A DNA stretch of 63,759 nucleotides, counting the filler, from Nemertoderma westbladi (lineage: Eukaryota; Animalia; Xenacoelomorpha), in assembly GCA_032718475.1 (NCBI GenBank). It is 3 parts of 3 records of this genome, joined end to end, with 100 filler letters (N's around TTAATTAATTAA, not from the genome) between each part and the next. Parts side by side here need not be neighbours in the genome. Positions count along the whole stretch, not along the records: positions 1 to 27,486 come from JAUCBJ010003322.1; positions 27,587 to 52,429 come from JAUCBJ010005645.1; 1 more part is not named here. One strand, 5' to 3'. A program made the translations under genes and the position numbers. The notes under the pieces were generated by a model. The model did not search any database. It worked only from the letters and a program-made list of their open reading frames with translations, and was not told where the DNA came from. This document shows, one piece after another, positions 21,535-32,430 of this stretch. The stretch's first letter is position 1. The number at the start of each line of letters is the position of its first letter.

Positions 21535-24500
21535 ATGTCTGATACTACTCTGAACCTGTCAGACAGTCTATTAGATGTAACTATCTGCGACTCAGATAGA
21601 GATATAGAACCGTCTAGTCGTAAGTTCAGTTCACCTCCCACTGTGAGGAAGGTCATCCCTCCAGTAGTAATAAAAGAACCTAGGCTGGTCCAACATCGTA
21701 GGTCTATCATAGGCACTCGAGCTCAGGTCAAGCGGGACCAAGAAGCAGCGGAACAGCAACAACCCGCGAGCCAAGAACTTACTTCTCAACGGCCCAACAG
21801 CTCCAGTAGTGAGGATACTGTAGAACTGACACCCGAGCGCGGAGCAAGGATGACGGATGCGGTTTATTCGGATCCCCTTCTCATCCTTCCTGCAGCCGTA
21901 CTCACTAGGTTATTGATCGCTGTGGAAGAACACCAGATCGATTGGGCGAGAAGCCAGCGTTCAACTAGAGATAGTTATGCTGGATACACAAGGGAAGAAC
22001 TGAAGTCCATGGTCGAGTCGCAATGGAACTTCCCCGGACCCGGACTCCCGTTTGATTTATCAGAAGCTGCCTGGGAAGGCTGCCAAGGAAACCATCGATC
22101 CAGCTGTATGGAAGAGGTCCGCAGCCGGATACGCACAGGGATTCTTTAGCTCTATGGAGCGAGTAAAAGGACAACTGTTTCAACAACCACAAGGACCTCA
22201 AGAGCAGGGACAACTGCTTTATCAAGTTAGAGAAAGAATTCTACGAATCAGGCTAATATTATCGGCCTTTGAGGAGGCTTCTAAACGAAGGCAAGACACG
22301 TCATTGCAAGTTGCCGTAAAGACTTGGTTTCAAAGGGTGAGTCTCCAGGTTCAAGGAACAGCTCAGTGGAAAGCTCAGCTGGAAGAGCGCTCAACCCATG
22401 GAGAATCAACAGACGCTACTTTTTCCCAAGTGGAAAGTGAAGCGACGGCAGAGAAACCGCATAAGAGGGATGCCATTGACATCTATCTGTCAGACTATCA
22501 ACGTTTTTTAGGTGATGACGAGTTGAGGAGAAGGTTAGAGGGACTTAGCCCTAATAGTGAAGGAACCAAGCTAGTGTTGGATGCCATCGATGTGGAAATG
22601 AGGGCTGCGAATCAGGCTAAATTTGATGAACAACTCCGCCTGACACGAGTCCAAGAACAACAAGTAAAGAAAAAACGCATAGAAGACAGAAAGAAAGCAG
22701 CAGTGGTAGCTGCAGAAGCAGAAAGAAAAGCGGCAGCGGCAGAGGCAGCGGCAGAGGCAAAGGCAGCCGAAGCTGAAAGAAAAGCGGCAGCGGCAGCGGA
22801 AAGAAAAGCGGCTGAGGCAGTGGCAGAAGCAGAACGGAGAGCGGCTGAAGAAACCATCCAATTAGAATTGGAAAACATTCAGGAGAATCAAGACTGCATA
22901 AATAAACAGTTAACAGCTAGTAATATGCAGATGATGAATCGATCTACTCCCAAAAGACAGGGATATACATCATCTGAAGAAGGCGATACCACCGATACTG
23001 AAGGCAAAGGAAATAGATCTCGTCTAAGCAGACGTAAAAGAACATTCCACCATCAGAAATTGCCTGATTTGCCTCCAGCTGTTAGAAGGCAACTAAATAA
23101 CACCAACTTAGGTAGTACAGAGCCCACAGACCAAATAATTAAAATAGAAAGACTCCCTACGATAGTAGATGAGCCTGAAATAATTAGGCCTGTTCTTGAA
23201 ATCACCCCTTCGGTGATAGACACACCTGTGCTCCCTGAGATTACCTCTAAACTCCCTCTGCATAGCACTAAGCTACCTGTGCCCCGTAGAACTGCCCAGG
23301 AGACAGTTCATGTCCTGGACCCCGAGCGAAATATTCATGATTTGTCGCCCGTTGTCCCTTGTCCGCCCGCTACAACGTTGGCGACTCCCGCTTCGGTGGT
23401 CGAATGGGTGGACGAGAGACGGCGGGGGATGGATCTCCTGCTCGGGCAGATGCAGGAGACTGTTCAGCAATTTAAGGGCACAGTAAGGGAAAGTAGGCTA
23501 GAGTTGCAAGAAGTGCAGCAAAGTATCGCGCTAGAACGCGATAAATTAGTAAATACCCAAAAGGGTATACCACCACCCTCTGTAACAATGTGTCAACCTG
23601 TTAGGTCTGAAGTATCGCATGCGCAAGGTGTGGAGCCTACACGCATCTATACTGCTAGCGAAGTAGAAACTCCTATAGTGAACCCTATTAAGGGTAATTA
23701 TAGACCTGTTGATAATGATATTCCATATAGAACTGATCATAATCCGAGAAATTTATATACCGATAACTCGATATTAAATAACACGATGGCCCAAGAAAGT
23801 TTTACGCGTCAAATGGCTAGAACCGAAGCCCGGCAAGCGGTAAAGGTGGGAGAGATCGTCAAGTTCAATGGAGATGAGATGAAATGGTTACCTTTTAATG
23901 AATATTACAAAGATAACATACAGAACTCTGTACTATCTAATGGAGAAAAACTTAGATACCTCATCGAGTGCTTGGAAGGATCTCCCAAGTTAATGGCGTT
24001 AAAGTTTATTGGACATCCAGACGGATTAACCCTATTAGTACCGGGCTATAAAATGTTGTACAAATACCGGGAGGGGGTCATATTGACCCCCCCCCCTCTA
24101 AAATCTACAAATATTTACGAAAACGTCTGATTTTTTGTTTGTACGTAGGTATCACTTGTCTGGATCCGACCGAAAAATAAAATTTTCGAAAAAATGTACT
24201 GGGGTGGTTATATTGCAGCACCAAAATTACAAGTAGTGCACAATTTTCACAAAATTTGAAAGTTACATTTTCGGCTAATTATTTTTCAATACAGGTTTTT
24301 TGGGGTGCAAAATACATTGGAAAATATTTAAAATTGATATGATTACTATAAATGGCTGTTTAGTCCTCTCTGCGTAGGAAAAAAATGAAAAAAACAAGTA
24401 ACCAGCACTTTTCAGTTAGAACACAAAATTTTTAATTCACTTATACGATGCTATAAATTCACATTTTCAGGTTTTCGAGGGCGCTGATTCTAATGGAATA

Positions 24501-27486
24501 CATTTCTAATATGCCAGATCATTGCTACTTGTATTTTTCGGCGTAATTTAGCAAATTTTGGTGCTAGCACCAAATTTCGTACCCATCACCAAAAAGTACA
24601 AGTTTGCGATGTCCAGTGCTGTTTTTATTGATTCCATCGGATTCAGGACCCTCATAAACCCGTATAACGCAAGAAACAAGGTGATACTATCTACTTATCA
24701 ATTTGCATATTTTCCAAAATTTGGTGCTGGCACAACAATTTTCACCCACCGGCGAAAAATACAAGTTTGAGAACTCCTATGAAATTGTTACTGATTCCAT
24801 TGAATTCAGAACCATCACAGACCCGTATAACGCAAGAAACAAGGTGACACAATCAATTGACATATTTGATGGTTTTCAAAATTTGGTGCTAGCACCACAT
24901 TTTGCACCCACATCCGAGAAATACAAGTTTGAGATGTCTAGTTCGATAATTATATTTTCCATTGAATTCACAACAGCCATAAACCTCTAAAACGCAAGAA
25001 ATAAATTGTCACAAGCAATTTTATATATTGAATGGATTTTCAAAATTTCGTGCTAGCACCAAAATTAGCACACAGCACCGAAAAATACAAGTTTGATACG
25101 CTTGGTTCAACTCGTATATATTTCATCGAATCCAGAACCTCAAAAAACCCCAATTGCGTAAAAAACAAGTTTCAAACAATCAATTTACAAAATTGACTTA
25201 TTTCAAAATTTGGTGCTGGCACCAAAATTTGGCACCCATCGAAAAAAACAAGTTTGAAATTTCTAAATCAATTTATATGAATTCCATCCAATTTCTAACA
25301 CCAAAAAACCGGTGTAAATCAAAAACCGAGATGTTACAATTCATATTTAATGAAATGTAATTTTCAAAAAACGTCTCAAAAAAAGTGCCAAAAGTAGGGT
25401 TAAAAAATGGTGCTATAACTCGAAAAGTTCCCAATATTTTTGAAAACGGTTTTCACTACCATGACGACAATAGATTTTTAGGAAAAGTCATAAAATTTCA
25501 GATTCCCAACTGCGTTTGTTTCATAATTATTATAAAAAAACCACGGGGGGGGTCATATTGACCCCTCCCCGGGTTTAATAGGGTTAAGACAAGTTTGGGA
25601 TACACTAAACATCAAGTATGGTAATAGGAATAACATCGCTGGGTATTTGTATGCAAAGTTAGTAGCGCCCCGAAAGTTTATTAGCAGCGGAATTATCGAG
25701 TTTTCCGATGAGATTCAGGAGATCTGTAGACAATTAGATTGGCTAGGTAAGTCTCAGGAGTATCAGAATGCTATGGTTATTAGAGCAGTGGCTTCTACTT
25801 TACCGAAGGGTGGAGTAGGTACACGCTGGGATAAGAAAGTGTTATATATGATGGAACAACAACGACGAGACCCTACCATGGCTGATCTCATGTCATTCCT
25901 AGATGGAGAAGTGAAATTACAGCTCCTGAAACTGTCCAGAGAGAAGACACCGGAAAACAAGGTAAGCGAAAAACCCGTCTCTAGGAGAAAGGTAACACCA
26001 GTGTGTTATACAGACGACGGCGAAAGCCAGACTTCTCAAGGAGAAGATAGCGGGAAAGACACTGAGAGATCTTATTATGTCAATAAAATGCCTAAAGATC
26101 AGGTAAGTAAATTCAAGTCTCGAGCAAATGACAGGAGAGAACAGGTAAGAAAAACTCCTCCCACGTCTCCCAAGAGAATTCCGGTGAGAAAGCCCGAAGA
26201 AAAGGCAAGTGTACACAATGTGACTCAAAATAAGGTAAGTAACATCAAACCAAAATGTGCGCTGTGTGACGGGACCCACCGTTTGAATATGTGTGATGAA
26301 TTCCTGAAGAAGTCATTAACGGAGAGACGCGAAGTCATGTGGGATAAGCGGTTATGTTATAATTGCCTCAGACAAGGACACCAACGGCGTACCTGTTTCT
26401 CTGATATAAGGTGTGCAAAGTGTGGTGCGAAACATCATATCTTGTTGCATGCTGAATTCGAGCGAAATAGTCCGAATCAGGTAAGTGATTCCGAGCTACA
26501 TGTCCAATTCAGTGATGTGAACGACACTGATCAATCTGAGATGGAAGGATTCTATACGGACGAGTTCTCCGACGAAAACGAATCCTGTTACATGATAAAT
26601 ACCGCAGTGTATCGAGCACTCACCTATGAAAAGGATACAGACAACGACTTCACTCTAACTACTTCTGAGCGACAACCATCTTGGAAAGAGCCATCTTCCA
26701 ATATAGGGATCCGAGAGTTTCCTGTGGTGCAAGTAAGGGTTCACGGACCTAAGAGGAGTTATGTAGTGAACGCCCTCCTTGACTCCGGTAATACAGGAAC
26801 ATTCATCGACAAAGAGCTAGCCGAAGATATATTTGCTGGACAACCCAAGTTCCAAACTAAGCTCAACATGTCCGGCATTATGCAAGTTTGGAAATCTACA
26901 ATAACAGCGGATTATTATGTAGGAGCGTTGTCCACCCCCCAGGACGAACTAGGAGAACATAGCATAAGGTCAGTGAAAATGGTGGCTATAAAGAACTTCG
27001 CTACTACTCAAGCAGACCTTTATAATTGGGACGAGGATGAGAGCATCCAACATCTTAACATACCTCGATTCCAGACTGATTATCCTGGAGTGCAAATACT
27101 CATCGGCCAAAACGCGCATGAGGCGCTGGAGACATTAGAGAAACGGCCTGCTCAACCGCAGCCACTACAGACCTATGCGGTAAGAACTAGAGTAGGTTGG
27201 TACTTTACTGGCCCTTCCCGTAGAACACTCAGAGAAAGACTACCGCAAGAGCGCGTCTACCAGGTGAGTGAATGGGAATATGATACTAGTGAGGGAGACG
27301 ATTTAACTGAGGGAACCCCATACTCCTCAGATAACGACGACGTGCACCAGCTTTTTGATGAGGAGAATACCATCGATCTCCTTAAGGAAAGCGAGGCTTG
27401 GCAAAACCAAGTTAACTTATGTCAACTTCTCTATCCATCTGAACGAGAAGCTTATAACGACGAGTTAAATGACGTCATTGAGCGTT
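21535..27486 (+). pseudogene. gag-pol: BEL gag-protease polyprotein: one +1 frameshift, a DNA-transposon insertion, truncated by the gap
   Basis: ORFs 21535-22149 and 22052-24130 join at ..EAAW|KAAKETID (extra G ~22073). Removing 24030-25587 restores PDGLRQVWDTLNIKYGN. Knuckles CALCDGTHRLNMC, CYNCLRQGHQRRTC, CAKCGAKHHILLH; aspartic protease LLDSGN. Confidence 0.9.
24030..25583. mobile_element. Non-autonomous piggyBac-type DNA transposon (1554 bp), copy 1
   Basis: TTAA TSDs at 24026-24029 and 25584-25587; termini CCCTATTA..TAATAGGG; subterminal GGGGTCATATTGACCCC palindromes; internal ~125-bp subrepeats; no transposase ORF. Confidence 0.92.
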
Positions 27487-27586
27487 NNNNNNNNNNNNNN
27501 NNNNNNNNNNNNNNNNNNNNNNNNNNNNNNTTAATTAATTAANNNNNNNNNNNNNNNNNNNNNNNNNNNNNNNNNNNNNNNNNNNN
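27487..27586. other. Assembly spacer (N44-TTAATTAATTAA-N44)
   Basis: N runs around a six-frame-stop linker; same as 52430-52529. Confidence 0.99.
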
Positions 27587-28586
27587 TACCCATCTCAAAT
27601 ATTAATTAATTAATATTTGCAAAATCTAATAAATCAAAATCTGTAAAATTCAGATCCTTCAATAATTCTAGTCAATTAAGATATCGTAGCATTTACCGAT
27701 ATTCTTAAAAAAGACAATTGTCATAGAATTAAGGATCTTGTGTCCCTAGACATGTTCTAGAATCAAAATATGTCCATTTAATTATCAAATAATAAAATTT
27801 CAGGGAATAAATTTAAATTCATGCCTTTTAATGAATTTAATAAATTGCCATTTTTACGCAATTTATAACGTTCCCAAATTTCCATTAATTAATAGATCAA
27901 GGGAGCGGAGATTTATCTTATTATGCGTATGAGTGTGTGAAAGTCTCCCAAACATAGTCAATAGCCGATAAAATTCATAAAGTCATGTATAAAACAGAAC
28001 ATTGACTATTAAAGAATACTATTAAATAACATCCCAGATCTGTATGCATTGGAATTACCCTAATTCTACCGCTAGCTTTGCATAATGTCACCATAGCAAC
28101 AACCACGCTAGAATTAGAATGGAGTTAAAAGAACAATAGAAAGCTTGTCCCATTGAATAGCATAGGGAATAAATAGCGCACTACTAGTATCCAAGGATAC
28201 ATAATAATACAGTGACATTCTGGAAGGCATTGACTAACGGACAAATGGCCCGAATGTGCGTAGTTGTGACCAGTTGTGTGGTATTTGTGAGTTTATAGGT
28301 GAATGTTACTGCTAAAGTGTGTTTACAGTAGCTAGTCGCAATCGTAAAAGTAACCTAACTCTCCAAGGAATACCTGAAGTACATCTAAGCCTTTGGGACG
28401 GACAGTTGAGTGACTTGTGCCGGTTATCGTTGTCGTTGTACGGTCGTTGGCGAAAGTATAGCGACAGCGGTACATCGGCGCTGAGAATCTCATACTGTCC
28501 GGGGGCAAGGGAGAAATAGGCAGCGACGCCCGCTCGCCTAACAATATATAAACTCATTATAATATTGGTGAACTCGTATAGCAGAT

Positions 28587-30603
28587 ATGACTGAATTAAT
28601 AGAAGATGATCTTGGTATCAGGGAGAGATATACTCTACCTTTACAAGCGTTTGTCGATAGCTTGATACGCGGCGACGCTGATCCAACTACTACGGAGGAC
28701 GATGGTCGTTATATCGAACCGCCAATGTCCCAGGAGCAACTTACGCGTGAATTGGACTATAGAAAATTCACTGCTCGCTATACGCATCGTAATGGTATGT
28801 ATATGGACTTCTTAACTACCGGCCATCCTATTGATTTACACGACACCGACGATGTCGATACCGAAAGGGAAATGGTTTTATTTAAATATCATACCCAGCG
28901 GAGTCGAAACGACAAATCGAGAATAGAACACGAGAACTCTATTCGAAATAAACTCGAAAGAGAAGACGTTGAAGAACCTGATAAACGTAGCGGCTTCAAC
29001 GAATACGACTTTCGGAATATGGAGAACATTCCATATCCCTTCGTTGATATATTTTGATGGACCATTAACTGCGCCTGGTGCAGTATATAGCTTTATGAGT
29101 GTTCCACTTCGCCCTTCCTTAGCTATATACACGATCTTTGAAAACGCAGCACTTGCCGGTTGGCTAGCCGATGTGTGCAGTCGTACCATACGCGCTCACC
29201 CGTTAATACTTGAAACTAAACTCGCCAAGTTAGACGAACACAATAAGTTCATACGTTTCGAATGTTTCCGGCGCTTTCTGACTCCGTTCCGTAACGTCGA
29301 TAGTCAGTTCAAGGATCGCGCGCTGACCAAGCTCAGTCTTAGAGACTCAGCTGCGGAGAAACTGAGTAGCGCTGGATTTGCCGTCTTTCAAGACGTTTGT
29401 ATACAGAACCTACATTCATCCGTTATACAAAGACCCCGAATATCTACAGGTTATTCTGTCGTGGAAATACAGACAGTGGGTCCACTTACTGAGACAGACG
29501 CACCCACTTCGTCTATACAACTGGAGGATGAACCAGTGTGCTTGGAATCAGAAGCGATTCAGCCTACAACTTCCCGGAGAAGTGACAATGATTATGTCAT
29601 AGAGTGGTATCAAGGTCCACAGCGTCTCACAGCGTACGATTATCGACACGCCAACTACGTTTCTCGAAAACGTTGTCGATTATGCGCATCGAGAGACCAC
29701 TTCACTCCTCTAGACTCGAGCGTACCTTGTTCCTATTTCCTCGAACAACCGATGATGGAAATATATTGTGCTTATTGCCGGCTTAATAACTCTCATATAT
29801 TTGCCGTCTGCCCACAATTTATGACTCAATGTCACTACTGTCAATTTAAAGGACATGAAAGTTACAATTGTCCCTTTAATCGCGATTTAGAGAGCGTAGA
29901 CGAGATGATCACCCTGCGATACATCCGAGCTTGGGAAGCGAACGCCGATTTACATTGCGAATCCCGACATCGCTATTACCCTGGACGAGCTTACGAGGGA
30001 GTTTACGCGTTCCATCCTTATCTATTCGCGTCGATCGAACAGAAAACACGCGTACCAAGTTACGAGTTAATGAAGCGTGTTGGTGAGTGTATTTCCACCA
30101 AGTTTGTCAGGAAATACCTTAGAAACGTTAACCCTAATGATATAACCACATATCACCTGATCAATTTTATCCGTCAGGACCCTGAGTATGGCGACATCTT
30201 TGTGAACTCGCATCCTGAACTACAGGAAATATCTCGGCGACCATATGAATATCGAACCCGAGAACGCGAGCTGGAGAGAACCATTAAACCGAGAAAGTTC
30301 CTCACTACTCACGGTCCACCCACCGCTAGTGTCCAGACGACCCGTCAAGGACCCGTAGGAGCTGCTGTCCTGAGACGCGCTCTAAAGGCCGTTAGACCTC
30401 ACTCCACTGAGGTTGATATTAATCAACCAGGTACTTCGACCGGCGGGTATACCGATCGTAACCCTGCACCTTCTGATGCAATTATATTGCACCCTTCGCC
30501 TAGGAGCTACAGCCCTCCTCGTAAAGTGGCTCGCCCCAAAGAGAAAATGACTCTTGCTAGCTTTAAAAAACTGCGTAAACGCCGTCCGCGCAAGAAAGAC
30601 TAA
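28587..30603 (+). CDS. Accessory ORF of the BEL element (~670 aa if one +1 slip is corrected): triple zinc knuckle, basic C-terminal tail; not env-like
   Basis: ORFs 28587-29057 and 28969-30603 fuse at GAT ATA TTT(T) GAT GGA. Knuckles CRLCASRDH..C, CAYCRLNNSHIFAVC, CHYCQFKGHESYNC; ends KKLRKRRPRKKD. No signal peptide or TM segment visible. The 3' LTR starts ~80 bp after the stop. Confidence 0.75.
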
Positions 30604-30681
30604 CTGTTTAGAGTATTTATGTATATTAGAAATTGTGATTTTGTATATTTTATAGACTTAAATCCCATTTTCTGGGAGCGG

Positions 30682-31846
30682 TGTAAAAGCTTTTGTGGGA
30701 TAACTGATTCGTTTGCCTTGCTAACCAGTTCCCCCCCAGTCGCTAGAATACTCTAAAAAGGGATCTCTAACTCGAATAGCACAAGCTACCGGCTGATTGG
30801 CTGATTCGCTGTGCGAAGGGATCTGGGCTACGTTTGATTGTCCAACTAGCTTGGGAAAGTATCTCCCAATAGAATTTGAGTTGATTTTGATTTCGACCTA
30901 TCACAGATCTACTGAACTGAATTTTCCTATCTTTATGCTCTTTCTCTGTGTTGGGTGGAAGCCTTTGTAAATAAGGTTATTCTTATCAGTTTTCAGTGTT
31001 GTTGGTCTTTCTTTCCTAAGCCAGGAGAGAACGGCTTGTAAATATTTTGTGCTTTTCTGTTTTAGTCTAACACTAGTAGGCTTAATTATAAAGGGCATAT
31101 ATCCGTTATCATAACACTGCATTTATCACAACATAACATACCATACCTAATCAAACAACCTGTGCATACTTTATATTGTTATACTGCTATTTACTGTCAG
31201 TTCTTCATAATATGGTTGATGAATTATTATATTTGGAATAACGATAAATAACCCCGAAACCCAATATTCTTGATATACCGAAGGTAAGAGAGAAAGGTTA
31301 CATATAACGATTGTGACTTATGTTAAAGTGGTTTGAAGTGAATCTAATGTTATTTGATAGACCCTACATGAGTCAGTCCGTGTTCCTTTTATATATAACT
31401 AAAATCAGTGAAGATCGGCAGATCAGTGTGCAGTATTGTGCAGCATTGTGTATGAGTGAACCTGATAACGAAGCATTTCCTAAAGAATGCGCCATATATG
31501 TGAATTATAACTAAGCCATATCGTTGTGAGTAGTTTAAGTCATAACTCTGTTTGTATAAATAGAGCGCCACGTCCTAAAGGAACTGTTAATATTCCCCGA
31601 AGGTGAATAATATTGTCAGAGATTATATAATACTGTCAGTCGAATAATACATTAGGCTTACATAGCAATAAGATTAAGCCGTCGAACCCAATCTCCCGGG
31701 TATATCCAGCGGGTGAATGATCGCGCACAGATTGGTTTCGACTAGTGTAGTGAATTAAATACTTGTCATAGACTAAAAGTGATTTATTATCTAGAAGACA
31801 TCATAATTTGGCGGGTTAAACTGCCAAAGGTCTGAAAGCGCAAACA
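30682..31846 (+). repeat. 3' LTR (1165 bp) preceded by a polypurine-tract-like GGGAGCGG
   Basis: Same termini as the 5' LTR. The first ~185 bp do not align with it; the rest is clearly homologous but diverged. Confidence 0.9.
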
Positions 31847-31849
31847 GTT

Positions 31850-32098
31850 TTGAAAGGTCCATAGCTTCCCTTTACTCTTTTCGAATGTGTTGTTTGTTGG
31901 TATCAATTCACATTCTTCCATTAGGTCTAAAAGTAAGTACCCATTTCTTTTAGAACTGGTGTTATAGGTGTAACCATTGATGTCTTCTGGGCCAATTTGG
32001 GCATTCAGGTCACCAGCAATGACTTTAACATTGTGTTTCGGAATTTCCTTTATAAGTCCAGTCAGTTCTTCATAAAACTTGACTGCTTGTTCTGGCTC
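31850..32098 (-). mobile_element. RTE family A endonuclease fragment flanking the 3' LTR
   Basis: Near-identical to 45714-45960. Confidence 0.9.
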
Positions 32099-32430
32099 GT
32101 GGTAACTTAATGAGCTGCAATGTATAGAACACCTGACTTAAAATTAATTATTAAGCCCCACAGTCATTGTTAGCATTAGTAGTACTGTAGTATGCAATTA
32201 TTAAATTAAAATACATAACGTTGATAAAATAGGTCACACGGCTGACATGAGAAGAAATATGAAAATATTACGATGAAAATTTTTAGCATTAAAAATCGAT
32301 CCTACGCAAGTCAAACTAAAATTCTAGTGCAGCTACCGGTACTTGGAATATATCAAAACTCCAAACAAACTAATAGGTAACTGCCCCAAAAATCTACCAG
32401 AACTGCGCATGCGCAAGTCTGATACAAACC

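Larger units (their letters stand above)
18136..31846 (+). mobile_element. BEL/Pao LTR retrotransposon, probably two related copies joined across the contig spacer; RT/RNase H/integrase missing
   Basis: TGT..ACA LTRs at both ends; DUF1759-like gag domain; BEL-type triple knuckle ending CAKCGAKHHILLH; protease ALLDSG..ILIGQN..TRVGW; purine-rich tract before the 3' LTR. No shared TSD (ACAGG vs GTTTT). Confidence 0.85.

Noticed and set aside
24558-25360. Short ORFs inside the piggyBac-type elements (also 33541-34752) as transposase remnants
   Set aside because: They only reflect internal subrepeats; no DDD or Cys-rich motifs.
27531-27542. TTAATTAATTAA motif between N runs (also 52474-52485)
   Set aside because: Artificial six-frame-stop linker added at assembly; ORFs ending in ..XLIN are artefacts.
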